Below are positions 28,661 through 38,674 of a DNA stretch of 64,000 bases, piece by piece. The DNA is from Ostreococcus lucimarinus (taxonomy: Eukaryota). The stretch lies in the NCBI GenBank assembly GCA_000092065.1, contig CP000593.1; one strand, given 5' to 3'. Below the pieces are notes generated by a model, which did no database searches, was not told the DNA's origin, and was given only the letters and a program-made list of their open reading frames with translations. How positions within the stretch are numbered: the first letter of the stretch is position 1; each line of letters starts with the position of its first letter. A program made the translations under genes and the position numbers.

Positions 28661-30446
28661 TCACACGTGCGTCTCCGAAGCCGCGATGTTCGGGGCGTGC
28701 GCGCTGGCGACGTCGCCCAGGGCGTCGGTGTCGTCGTCTGGGGTCGAGCCGCGGCGAGCGCGACGGCTTCGCACGAGCGCGGGCGCCTTGGGGACGACGG
28801 CGGATTTCGCCGCGGGTTCAGCCTTCTTGGCGGCGTCTTTGCCTGATTTCGACGCACGTTTCGTCGGTGACGCGGGCTCGGTGACTTCGTCGCCGTCGGC
28901 GGTGTCTTTTTCGAATCTATCGCCATCTTGGGTTCTGTGCCAACGCATGAGTTGGTCGGCGAGACGGGATTCGCGAGCGCGGTCTTCGGCGACGCCGACT
29001 TCGTCTTGAACGCACGCGCCGACGGCGTCTTGTAAGGCGCCCATGACGCGCTGAGCGTCGCTATGACGAATCACCGCGAGCTTAGCTTTGGCGATCGCGG
29101 TGTTTCGCTCTTCATCGCTCATTTTTTCGAGCGAGCTCGGGTCGTTCGGCGTCGGCGGTTCGAGCAACGGCTCGAGCGTGTTCAAGTACGAGCGCAAGTT
29201 GGGCATCACCGTCTCTCGCACGACCTTGGGACCGAGAGCGTGCAAGCCTCGAATCGCGCCGTAGTGCGTGGTCATTGGTTTGGTATCCAATAACGCCCGC
29301 AACAACGTGCGCGTGATCCTAGGTCGAATGCTTGGATAGGCGTCGCCGAACTTGCCGCAAATGAACGCCATGGTGTACGCCGCGTCGTCTCGCAGCGACC
29401 AGTGGTCTTCGTCCAAATTTTGACATAAACGCTTCGCCACCACGCACGTCACCACGCTCGGCATGAGCTGGTGTAAATACAGCTCCACGTTTATGTCGGG
29501 GTTGGAAATTAACGCCCGAATCATCTGAATCAACACTCGCAACCGCGGCAAATCCCTCAGGTTTTGCGTCGTCTCCTCGGTGATGAACTGCGTAAAGTAA
29601 GGCATCAAATTGTGCAGACCGACGTCCGCGCTCAGCGATCGCAGCGCGGTGGAGAGCAATTCAACTTCACGGTCGCTCGCATCGGCGCGTCCAGCCTGTC
29701 GAATCAGCGCCGTGACCTTGTCGAAATAAAACTGCAATTCCCGGCTCAGCGTGTGCGACACCACGGGTAACAATCCTCCCGCGTCCGGATCCCCACCATT
29801 CTCTTTCGCCCCCATCGCTCGCGGCCGCGGCCGTTTCATCCCACGCGGAGGTTCGATCGCCACCGGTTCCGCCGCGGGCACCATCGGGTTCTCTGGAATC
29901 ATCGGCTGCACTCCCTCCACCGCCAACCAGTGCGGCACCAAGTTCACCTCGATCGGCGGTCTCGGCAACTTCCTCGTCAGCAATTCCCGCATGTCGATCT
30001 CTCGGTCCTCCACGTAAAACACATCCGGATCCTCGCGCGTCTGTTTATATTCATAATCGCTCGTTCCCGCCCCGAATCCATACAGCGGTTCGCAATTTCT
30101 CAATCGCAGCGCCGCGTTGACGTCCTGCGCGCGTTCGATCGACGTCGTCGTCGTCCGATTCGTCAGTCCGTCGTCCATCGGTCCATCCCGCGTCGATCGC
30201 GCGCGCGTCTCGTCATCGTCGTCGTTCGCATCGCGTCTTCGCGCGCGTCTTCGCGCGCACCTCGGCCGAGAGCGTCGTTCGTTTCGACGCCCGCATGCAT
30301 TTCATCGCGTCTTGAAACACCTGTCGCAGCCGGTACTCGCAATCGCTCGCCAGCGCGCGCGCGGCGTCGGCGTCCACGGGCGGCGCGCCGATCGTCGCCG
30401 CGATCGCGCGCACGGAATCGACGTGCACGCGGCTCGGCGCGCTCAT
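28661..30446 (-). CDS. TAF6: TFIID subunit TAF6, two exons: complement(join(28661..30124,30261..30446))
   Basis: Exon 1 encodes the histone-fold N-terminus (ESVRAIAATIG...DCEYRLRQVFQDAMKCMRASKRTTLSAE). Exon 2 continues DVNAALRLRNCEPLYGF...VPHWLAVEGVQPMIPENP, a conserved TAF6 block. The splice restores KRTTLSAE|DVNAALRLRN, which matches human KRQKLTTSDIDYALKLKN. Both exon lengths are multiples of 3. Confidence 0.85.
30125..30260 (-). other. Spliceosomal intron of TAF6 (136 nt, phase 0): donor GTGCGCGCG, branch-like GGACTGACG, acceptor GCGCAG
   Basis: A +1 frame break sits between the two TAF6 ORF pieces, and a GT...AG pair restores the conserved alignment exactly. Confidence 0.75.
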
Positions 30447-30532
30447 CGTCGACGATCGATTCGATTCGCGGCGCGATGTGACGCGCACTCGTCGTGGTTT
30501 TCGCGACACAGCGCGACGCGGCGGCGCGCGGG

Positions 30533-31723
30533 ATGGGCGCGCGAGACGCGGCGTCGCCCGTGCGCTCGCTCGACGTCGCGCGCGCGCGCGCGACGTGGAC
30601 GGCGCTGGACGAGGCGATTCGAGGCGACGCCGGCGCGTGGACGTTCGACGACGACGACGACGACGCGCGCGCGACGACGAGCGGACGCGAAGAGCGCGAC
30701 GCCGGTGATGCGATTCGCGCGCTCGGGTACGCGATCGTGCCGCGATGCGCGAACCGAGCGCTGGCGAGGCGAGTGGCGACGCTCGCGCGCGGGTTGGCGG
30801 CGCGAGGCCTGGATCCGACGTACGTTTTCGTGTACGAGGACGCGTGGACGCTGTTGCGAACGATAGAAACGGCGTGCAAAAGTCGAGGATGCTTTGGTGG
30901 GTTAATCATGAATTACGACGTGCTGGCGTGGTGCGTGGATCCGGTGAGCGATGGGGAGGCGACGACGGCGTTTTGTCCGCACCGGGATCGACAGCCGGAC
31001 GACTCGCCGGGATCGTTTTCGGAGAATGGGGACGCGAAGTACGCCACAGCGTGGGTCGCGTTGGCGAATGATGCGACGCCGGAGAATTCGTGTTTGTACT
31101 GCGTGCCGAGACCGCACGATCCGGGTTATTACGACGGCGATGATGACGACGCGAACGCGAAGGATCCCTTGAGCGTGGCCTTGGACTCAAAAAAAGCGTT
31201 TCAATACGTTCGCGCGTTGCCGTGTAAAGCGGGCGATGGCGTGGTTTTCACCCATCGGTTGATACATTGGGGATCGATAGGCGAGGGGCGCGAGGACAGG
31301 CCGAGGATTAACATCAGTTTTGGATTCGCCTGCGAAAGCTTTGAACCGGCGTACCTGACGAGTCGCTCGCGCGTGCCCAGTTTCGACGAACGACTTGCCC
31401 TCGTCGCAGGGCAGTTGATATGCTATCACGAAAGGTTTCCACCGAACGCGAAAGAACTTGGTGTGTTGAAGAAGCTATTCGACGGCATGAAGTCGAGCTT
31501 CGACGACGCGTACGTTCGAAAGGTGAATAAAGAATTCGCAAACGCCGCGCTGCGCGGCGAGAACGACGACGAGGTCGAAGAAGACGCGCTCGACGCCATG
31601 CTCGACGCCGCCGATGATTTTGACGACGATTTTGATGATTTTGAAGATGGCGTCGAAGGTGATGCGTACGGACGAGTCGCCGACGGAGATGACGCTCTGG
31701 CGAAACGATCGAAAAGGAAGTGA
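30533..31723 (+). CDS. Hypothetical protein, possibly PhyH-like / 2OG-Fe(II) oxygenase fold
   Basis: A candidate HRDRQPDD...THRLIHWG His/Asp/His arrangement and an acidic C-terminal tail. It is divergent from TAF6, with about 85 bp between the two starts. The family call is weak. Confidence 0.35.
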   Translation: MGARDAASPVRSLDVARARATWTALDEAIRGDAGAWTFDDDDDDARATTSGREERDAGDAIRALGYAIVPRCANRALARRVATLARGLAARGLDPTYVFVYEDAWTLLRTIETACKSRGCFGGLIMNYDVLAWCVDPVSDGEATTAFCPHRDRQPDDSPGSFSENGDAKYATAWVALANDATPENSCLYCVPRPHDPGYYDGDDDDANAKDPLSVALDSKKAFQYVRALPCKAGDGVVFTHRLIHWGSIGEGREDRPRINISFGFACESFEPAYLTSRSRVPSFDERLALVAGQLICYHERFPPNAKELGVLKKLFDGMKSSFDDAYVRKVNKEFANAALRGENDDEVEEDALDAMLDAADDFDDDFDDFEDGVEGDAYGRVADGDDALAKRSKRK

Positions 31724-32124
31724 TAGTCGATTGAGAGGACGAGCGTGTGTTGGATAGCGCGTGTAATGAATAGATTTCGGCGTCTTTGTAACTGTGAAAT
31801 TATTACAACGACGCGTGTCACACTTGACTGTGGGAGTGTCACGTCTACGCGAGACGCAAAACGAGGTCTTGAATTGATTGATGCGCGTCGAAAAACAACG
31901 CAAAGGGCTTTTCGTCGACGCCCGAAGGCGTCAGTGGAAAGCTCGTCTGAACGGATGAACTTGGTTTGAAAATGTCGGCTTTTAAAACTCGCCTCATCTT
32001 CTCCATCCGATTGCGGGCAGCGCTCGAACCAGTCTGGTTCGACGTCTCGCCCAAAGGGTGCGTCGACGCGAAAGCGTTCGCGCCGACTCGTCTTGGTTTG
32101 TTGTACAACAGAAAGAATTTGTTT

Positions 32125-33150
32125 TCACACTCGACCGGCGTTGAGCTTGGCCATGAGCGTCTGAAAACTACCACCACTAGTCTCCGGCGCCGTCGGGTAA
32201 GGAGGCGCGACGGGAAACGGCTGAGCGGGTTGGGGTTGCACTCCGAAGAGCGTATTGAGTTTTTGCTGCACGCCTTGCGGCGGCGGCGGCGCCGCGTAAT
32301 GAGACGGCGCCATCATCGGCGGTGGCGACGGATGCGCGTCACCGTTGGCGCTGTTCAAAATGTTGTTGAACAACGCGTGTCCCTTGGCTTGCTGCGGCGC
32401 GGCCGCAGGCTTCACCCCGAGTAAGTTTTTCAATCCCGCCGCGCTCGCTTGAGGGCGCGGCGTCGCGACGTCCAGTCGCGGCGGAGCGCTCGAAGACGCC
32501 ACGCGCGGCGAGTTGGTCGGCGCTATATCTTTCAAAAACGATGGCATCGGTAACTGATCCGCCGCCGGCGCGTTTTGAAAAGACGCCTGCGCCCAACGTT
32601 CGTCGTTCGTCGCGGTTTTCACCTTGCCCTTCGACTTCTTCCCGCTTCCATCCGCCGCCAACACCGCGGCTTGCTGCTCCGGCGTCAGCGCCGGCTGTTG
32701 AGGTTCACACACTTGATTCGCTCGCACTCTCGGATCGATTAAACCCACCGTTTTCGGCGCCGGCACCGCTTTCGGTTTCGGTCTCCGTTCCTTCGTCTTC
32801 GCCTTCGTCGGCTCCTCGTTCCCGCGAACCTTCGGCGTCGGCACCGCCGTCATCTTCCTCTCCCTCGGCTTCGCCTCGACCTCGACGTTCGTCTCGCGCA
32901 CCACCGCATCGACCGCGCTCGTCCCGTCCTCGAAATCAAACGGCACCAACTCTCGCTCGAACGATCGCTTCGCCTTGACCACGTCGCCGTCCTTCTCGAA
33001 CCCTCGCGTCGTCCCCTCGCCCCTTCCCGCGCCCCCCCTCGTCGCCGGATTCGCGCTCGCCGCGATCAGCGCCGCGATCATGTCCTCCCCCTCTCCCGCG
33101 AACGTCCCATCGACGTCGATCGTCCGCGCGCGTCCCTCCGCGCCCGTCAT
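32125..33150 (-). CDS. Pro/Ala-rich protein with a PNRC-like motif (ERWAQASFQNAPAADQLPMPSF)
   Basis: The ATG at 33150 (MTGAEGRARTIDVDG) lies inside a longer GC-rich ORF. The C-terminal motif resembles the PNRC/decapping-coactivator NR-box motif. Low-complexity protein. Confidence 0.3.
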   Translation of the reverse strand: MTGAEGRARTIDVDGTFAGEGEDMIAALIAASANPATRGGAGRGEGTTRGFEKDGDVVKAKRSFERELVPFDFEDGTSAVDAVVRETNVEVEAKPRERKMTAVPTPKVRGNEEPTKAKTKERRPKPKAVPAPKTVGLIDPRVRANQVCEPQQPALTPEQQAAVLAADGSGKKSKGKVKTATNDERWAQASFQNAPAADQLPMPSFLKDIAPTNSPRVASSSAPPRLDVATPRPQASAAGLKNLLGVKPAAAPQQAKGHALFNNILNSANGDAHPSPPPMMAPSHYAAPPPPQGVQQKLNTLFGVQPQPAQPFPVAPPYPTAPETSGGSFQTLMAKLNAGRV

Positions 33151-33501
33151 CGTCGCCGCGCGAATCGCGATCGATTCGCACGATTCTCGCGTCCTCTCCG
33201 CCTCGGGTCGCGTCGTACGCCTCGCGCGTCGCGTCGACCGCGCGCGGCGTCGCCGTCTCGCCCTCGCGCGTCGCCTCGCGCGCGCGCGTTCGTCGCGTCG
33301 GTCGCGCCGCGCGTCCAGATCTGACGCCGCGGTGCCGTCGCGCCTCGATCGTCCCGCGGGTTCGCGCGCGTCGCGTCGAACCTCGCGTCGAGGTTCGATC
33401 GCGATCGTCGATCGACGCGCCGTCGATGGATTAAAAACTTGATTTCGGCGTTCGCGTCGCGCGCGGACGGCGCACTCGCGCGCGCGGCGCGCCGACGCGC
33501 C

Positions 33502-34257
33502 ATGCGCGCGCGGCGCGCGACGGCGCCGACGACGGCGCTGACGACGGCGCTCGCGCTCGCGTCGCTCGCGTCGCGCGCCGTCGCGTCGAGCGCGCGCTTC
33601 GGGCGCGAACGACTCGTGATGCAGACGACGCTGGGCGACGTGACGCTGGCGCTGTACGATCACGACGACGCCGCGCGCGCGACGGCGGCGCACGTGCTCG
33701 AGGCGTTTGAGCTGGGACTGTACGACACGAATCACTTCTTTCGCGTGGACGCGGGATTCGTGGCGCAGATCGCGGATTGCGCGGGGGGGCGACGCGCGGC
33801 GATGAGCGAGCGGCAGCGCGAGCTCGCGACGAGGACGGTGCGAGGAGAATTCGACGCGTCGGTGAAACACGCGCGAGGGAAGCTGTCGATGGCGAGGTGG
33901 AGCGATCCGGACAGCGCGACGAGCAGCTTTAGCGTGATGTTGGGGACGGCGCCGCACCTGGACGGGGAGTACGCGGTGTTCGGCGAGATGGTGGAGGGCG
34001 AGGAGACTTTGCGGAAGATCGAAGCGGTGGAAACGACGAAGAGTGGGATATTCGTGATGCCGAAGGAGAGGATTGAGATTTTATCGACGTATGTACTGCG
34101 CGAGGGCGCGAATTCGGGGGAAGAGGGCGAACGCGCGTCGACGACGACGACGGGCTCGGCGGGCGACGCGGAAGAGCTGCGCGAGTGTCGCGTTCGGGCG
34201 GATTCTCTGGCGAAGGAATTGCACGAAATTCGCGAGAGACGACTTCCCGGAAATTGA
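33502..34257 (+). CDS. Divergent cyclophilin-type peptidyl-prolyl isomerase domain protein with an N-terminal targeting/TM segment
   Basis: FFRVDAGFVAQ...GKLSMARWSDPDSATSSFSVMLGTAPHLDGEYAVFGEMVEGEETLRKIE aligns to the cyclophilin core (FHRVIPGFMIQGG...GLLSMAN.GPNTNGSQFFI...LDGKHVVFGKV.EG..VV.KIE). The first ATG is at 33502. Confidence 0.6.
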   Translation: MRARRATAPTTALTTALALASLASRAVASSARFGRERLVMQTTLGDVTLALYDHDDAARATAAHVLEAFELGLYDTNHFFRVDAGFVAQIADCAGGRRAAMSERQRELATRTVRGEFDASVKHARGKLSMARWSDPDSATSSFSVMLGTAPHLDGEYAVFGEMVEGEETLRKIEAVETTKSGIFVMPKERIEILSTYVLREGANSGEEGERASTTTTGSAGDAEELRECRVRADSLAKELHEIRERRLPGN

Positions 34258-34300
34258 TCTAGATTGTTACACTATTTGTACCCAAAGACTCGACTAAGCG

Positions 34301-35635
34301 CTACTTCCAGACGCCCGTCAGCGCGTGGCGCGCGACGAAGGCGAACGCGCACGAAAGAAACTGAAACGCCAACAGACGCGCGCACAAGACGCGCTCGGTG
34401 CAAGGACCGAAGAGGCGCAAGAATAAAGTCACGAGATTCATGTTGTATCTCGTCTCTGTCGCCATCGATGGATGCAAAAGCCCCGTCTTGGGATCGAAAA
34501 TGGGCAGACGGTGACGCGGACAGTGCACGATCTTGAAGAGCTGCGGCGTGCTGTACACAAAGTTGAGCACTTGTGGAAGAAAGAACAACAGCAACGTTTC
34601 GCTGAAGTGCCCGAGCGTGCCCACGACGCCGAGCGTCATACCCGCGAAGTACGTGTACGTGTCTCCGACGAATATTTTCGACGGATACCAATTGTGCCGC
34701 AACAACGCCAGCGTCGTGGCGAAGAATGGCAGCGTCAAAAAAATGCTAAACAAGTGCGCGCCGGCGGTCACCGGCTCCGTGGACGGATCGTTCGCTAACG
34801 ACAACACGTTGAGTAACAAAATCGCACCGGCGATGATCAACGATTGCCCCGCCTCGAGCCCGTTCAATCCGGCGTGGATGTTGATCGAGTTGGAGCAAAA
34901 CACCACCAAAAGCCACATGTAGCACAGATACAGCGGCCCGACGTCGATCGATCGAACGCCCGCCGGTAACTCTAGCAACGCGCGAACGGGCGATGGTATG
35001 AGCACCGTCGTACCACCGCTGTAGGACAACAAAAGCGGCAGCGCCGCGAATCCCGGCATGACAATCTTCACTCGCCAAGGCAAATCCAGCACGTCGTCCA
35101 CGAAGCCCAAGAAGATCATAAATCCGACGCACGCCAACGCGCTGTTCTGCTCGAGCGCCCACGCGTTCGTCCCGCTCGCGCTCTGCCCGAACCACCATCG
35201 AATACCCCTCTGGCACAACTGCTGCATCGTCAGCGCCACCGCGTACGCGCATCCGGCCGCTAACCCCCCGCTCTCCGGCACGCGTCGCTCGCCGAGCGCC
35301 GTTCCTTTTTTATTCAAGTCGTACCCGCTCATATTCCTCGCCAGCGTCTTCGCCCCGACCGTCGGCAGCAATCGCATCGTCAACGCGTACGCTCCCCACG
35401 ACACGATCGCCGCGCTCGCGACGCACGCGCGCGCGCCCGCGTCGCTCGCTCGCGCCGCGCTCGCCGCCGCCGCCGCCGCCGGCGCCGACGCCAGCGCCCC
35501 CAGCGCGCGCGCGTCCGCGTCCCGCCTCGCGTCCCACGTCCCGCCCGCATCGCTCTCGCGCGCCCGCGACTTCTTCCGCGTCGTCTTCGCGCCTCCGCGT
35601 CCATCGTCGCGCGCGCGTCGCGTCGTCGTCGTCAT
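34301..35635 (-). CDS. ALG7: UDP-GlcNAc:dolichyl-phosphate GlcNAc-1-phosphate transferase (ALG7/GPT)
   Basis: The diagnostic FVGDTYTYFAGM motif, multiple TM helices, and the NSINIHAGLNGLEAG block. Confidence 0.8.
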   Translation of the reverse strand: MTTTTRRARDDGRGGAKTTRKKSRARESDAGGTWDARRDADARALGALASAPAAAAAASAARASDAGARACVASAAIVSWGAYALTMRLLPTVGAKTLARNMSGYDLNKKGTALGERRVPESGGLAAGCAYAVALTMQQLCQRGIRWWFGQSASGTNAWALEQNSALACVGFMIFLGFVDDVLDLPWRVKIVMPGFAALPLLLSYSGGTTVLIPSPVRALLELPAGVRSIDVGPLYLCYMWLLVVFCSNSINIHAGLNGLEAGQSLIIAGAILLLNVLSLANDPSTEPVTAGAHLFSIFLTLPFFATTLALLRHNWYPSKIFVGDTYTYFAGMTLGVVGTLGHFSETLLLFFLPQVLNFVYSTPQLFKIVHCPRHRLPIFDPKTGLLHPSMATETRYNMNLVTLFLRLFGPCTERVLCARLLAFQFLSCAFAFVARHALTGVWK

Positions 35636-35885
35636 CGTCGTCGTCCAATCGCGTCGTCGATTACGATTCCAATCGCGCCTTCTCCCGCGTCGCGCGCGCG
35701 CGCAGGCGCTCGGCGTCCCGCGCGACGCCCTCGCGCAGGCGCCTTCGCTCGTCCACCTGCGATTCGTGCACCGCGCGCACGCCCAGGGCGGTTCCCAGGA
35801 CGACGACGACGACGAACGCGTTCACCGCGCGCGTCATCGAGTGCCGCGCAGCGCGTCGCGCCGCGCGCGTCGGACGCCGATCGCG

Positions 35886-36629
35886 ATGCGCGCGCCGACG
35901 CGCGCGCCGCCGACGACGACGCCGACGACGACGTGCGCGACGCGCGACGCGGCGACGGCGGAACCGCCGCGATTGAAGATTCTCAGCCTGCACGGCTTTC
36001 GAACGTCGCGCGAAATCTTCGACGCGCAGGCGCGCGTCGCGCGCTGGCGCGAAGACTACGAAGACGTCGCGCGATTTCACGCCATCGACGCGCCGCACGA
36101 GGGCGCGGGCGCGGCGACGGCGGAGGTGAGGGCGTTCTTCGGGGAGGACGCGCGCTCGCGAGAGTGGTGGAACGCGACGACGGGACGCGACGGAAAGACG
36201 ACGTATCGAGGGATCGAGGCGTCGCTGCGGGAGATCGAGCGGGCGTGCGAGGAGGATGGACCGTATGATGGCGTGCTGGGGTTCAGTCAGGGGGCGACGC
36301 TGGCGGCGATCGCGCTGGCGACGCCGGAATTGGCGGAGCGGTTCGCGTTCGGGATTTTGGTGTCGGGAATGCGGGCGCGCGCGGAGGAGACGAAGGGGTG
36401 TGATTACGGTGCGATAGCGGTGCCGACGCTGCACGTGGTCGGGTTGAAGGATGATGTGATGCCGAAAGCGATGAGCGCGGGGCTGTACGACGCGATGACG
36501 TCGTCGGAGAGAACGCGAGAGACGCACGACGGCGGGCATCGCCTGCCGAGAGTCAACGTCGACGGGACGCCGATTTTGCGCGATTTCTTAGCCGCGAGAT
36601 TAGCGGCGCGCGAGAACTCGAAACTGTGA
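35886..36629 (+). CDS. Serine hydrolase, FSH1 / OVCA2 family
   Basis: LKILSLHGFRTS, the nucleophile elbow GFSQGA, and the C-terminal HDGGHRLP. The ATG is at 35886; the longer ORF would overlap ALG7 on the opposite strand. Confidence 0.7.
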   Translation: MRAPTRAPPTTTPTTTCATRDAATAEPPRLKILSLHGFRTSREIFDAQARVARWREDYEDVARFHAIDAPHEGAGAATAEVRAFFGEDARSREWWNATTGRDGKTTYRGIEASLREIERACEEDGPYDGVLGFSQGATLAAIALATPELAERFAFGILVSGMRARAEETKGCDYGAIAVPTLHVVGLKDDVMPKAMSAGLYDAMTSSERTRETHDGGHRLPRVNVDGTPILRDFLAARLAARENSKL

Positions 36630-36664
36630 GTTTCGCTATGTTAAACGCTAGTAGTCTAGATGTG

Positions 36665-37786
36665 CTATGGACGCTTCGCTTTGAGCGCGTCCCACGGAAG
36701 CGCGAACGCGCTCGGCGTTTTCACGGGCGGGAACAGTACTTCTTTGATGTTCCCCCAAATCCCGACGTCGTACTTATTTCTCGTCATCTCGCCCCAATCG
36801 ATTTGTTCATCGCCGCTTCCGCCCGCGCGCTCGCCCTTCATCGTCTCCACGGATTCGCGCACGAGCTCCCACTTGAAGGTTTCGTTCGTCGTCACGTTTT
36901 TCGCGGCGAGCCACACGTTGTAGCCCAAGAAAACCGACAACAGCACGAAGACGAGCGCGCAAAACACGCCGAGCGTCACCGCGGGGGCGTAGTGGTACAC
37001 CACAAATCTATAAAGCAGCGCCTTGTCGTTCCCGAGCGTCGCGCGCGCGCCCGAGGGCGTCTCGTGCTGGAACCTTAACGACCAACAGTCTCGGCGCGTC
37101 ATGGAACGCCGCACCGCGTGCGCGCACGCCAACGTCACGTACCCCACCAACACGAGCTGCGCGAATAAAAACAGCAAAAACCACCTCAAATTATTCGCCC
37201 CGATCGTGTTATTCACCCACACGCAGAAGTGATCGAACCTCGCCACGCGCCGCTCCGTCGTCGTGCACCACTTCGATCGCGCCGGCGCGTCCTTCCCCGT
37301 CGTCCGACATCGTTTCCTGTGATACACGATTTCATCGTACGCGTACGCCTTCAAATACTCTTCGTTGTTCTCTCTCGTGATGGTTCCGGGCTCGCTGCAG
37401 CACACCAACGCCCACGTCGCGCACGCGAACGCGAACGCCGCGCTCGTCGCCGCCGTCCACCCGCGCGCGTCGCCGCCGTCCAACAGCCGCTTCTCCACCC
37501 CCTCGACGAAGCTCGCGTGACCACCGATCGCGAGCGTCAGATACACGATTTGACCGAGCGGATTCGGCCGATCGAGCGCGTCGAAACACGCGCTGGCGAC
37601 CGCGGCGCCGCGTTTTCGGTCGCACACCGCGATGGTCACCAGCGCCGTCGCGACGCGCGGCGCGGCGTCGCCGAGCGCGCGATGCGCGCGTCCCAGCGCC
37701 GAGCGCTCGAACCGCTTCGTCGGACCGAGCACGACGACGGCGACGCACGCGAGCGGCGCGAGCGCGAGCGCGAGCGCGCGCGTCAT
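36665..37786 (-). CDS. DHHC-type palmitoyltransferase (zf-DHHC), with a DHFC variant
   Basis: The CRTTGKDAPARSKWCTTTERRVARFDHFCVWVNNTIGANNLRWF cysteine-rich domain with flanking TM helices. Confidence 0.75.
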   Translation of the reverse strand: MTRALALALAPLACVAVVVLGPTKRFERSALGRAHRALGDAAPRVATALVTIAVCDRKRGAAVASACFDALDRPNPLGQIVYLTLAIGGHASFVEGVEKRLLDGGDARGWTAATSAAFAFACATWALVCCSEPGTITRENNEEYLKAYAYDEIVYHRKRCRTTGKDAPARSKWCTTTERRVARFDHFCVWVNNTIGANNLRWFLLFLFAQLVLVGYVTLACAHAVRRSMTRRDCWSLRFQHETPSGARATLGNDKALLYRFVVYHYAPAVTLGVFCALVFVLLSVFLGYNVWLAAKNVTTNETFKWELVRESVETMKGERAGGSGDEQIDWGEMTRNKYDVGIWGNIKEVLFPPVKTPSAFALPWDALKAKRP

Positions 37787-37948
37787 TCGTCACCGCGCGC
37801 GCGTGTGCGGCGCATGCGCGCGCGACCGCGCGCGACGCTCGCGGCGGCGCCGGCGACCCGCGCGCGACGGTTCGAGCGCGCGCGTCCCGACGGCGCGCGC
37901 GCGAGGGCGCGTCCCGCGAGGGCGCCGCGCGCGCGGGATTCCGATTCG

Positions 37949-38568
37949 ATGGCGGCACCGCGCCGACCGGTGCTCTTGCTCGACGTCGACGGCGTGCTGA
38001 ATCGCACGGCGACGGCGAAACAGATCGCGCTGGACGAAGACTTGATCGCGCTGCTGCGGGACGTCGCGGAGCGGTCGGCGTGCGAGGTGGTGCTGACGAC
38101 GTACTGGCGGTACTTTGAGGTGCGGCGGCGACGCGAACGAAGGCGGCGACGCGAGACTTTCGAGACGCGGCGAACGGCGGTGAAGGACGACGCGACGAAG
38201 ACGAGAGGACTGACGACGACGACGATGACGATGGATTTCGTGAAATCCAGGAATACTTGGCGTACGCGTTCGAACGGCACGGATTGCCGAAGGGCGCGGT
38301 GGCGGGGCGAACGGCGGGCGAACCGCACCGGAGCGACTCGGTCGCGCACGACTCGAAGGTTCCGGAACTTCGCGTGCTGGAGATCGAGCGGTACATGCGA
38401 GAGACGCACGGTGAGGACGAGACCGCGTGGCCGCCGTTCGCCGTGGTGGACGATAAGGAGGTGGTGAGCGCGGAGCATCGTTGGCGAGGACGGTTCGTGC
38501 GCACGAAGCACGACGTCGGCTTGACGAAAGCGCAGGCGGACGCGTTGATCGACATCTTGTCGCGTTGA
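37949..38568 (+). CDS. Small HAD-superfamily hydrolase-like protein, two exons: join(37949..38119,38251..38568)
   Basis: HAD motif I LLLDVDGVLN and a motif III/IV-like AVVDDKE. A frame change between ...TTYWRYFE and EYLAYAFERHGL... is resolved by a GTGCGG...GGACTGACG...TCCAG intron. Both exons are multiples of 3. Confidence 0.45.
38120..38250 (+). other. Putative spliceosomal intron (131 nt, phase 0) in the HAD-like gene
   Basis: Donor GTGCGGCGG directly after the YFE codons, a branch-like GGACTGACG 38 nt before the acceptor, acceptor AATCCAG. No homolog alignment was available to confirm the exact junction. Confidence 0.5.
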
Positions 38569-38674
38569 TATCGCACCGACGCGTCGCGCCGATTCGTGAT
38601 TTATTTATTCATTGGTCGTATCGTGTCATCTCTAAAGTTGTAATTACTACAGCTGTACAACTTCTATATTACCT

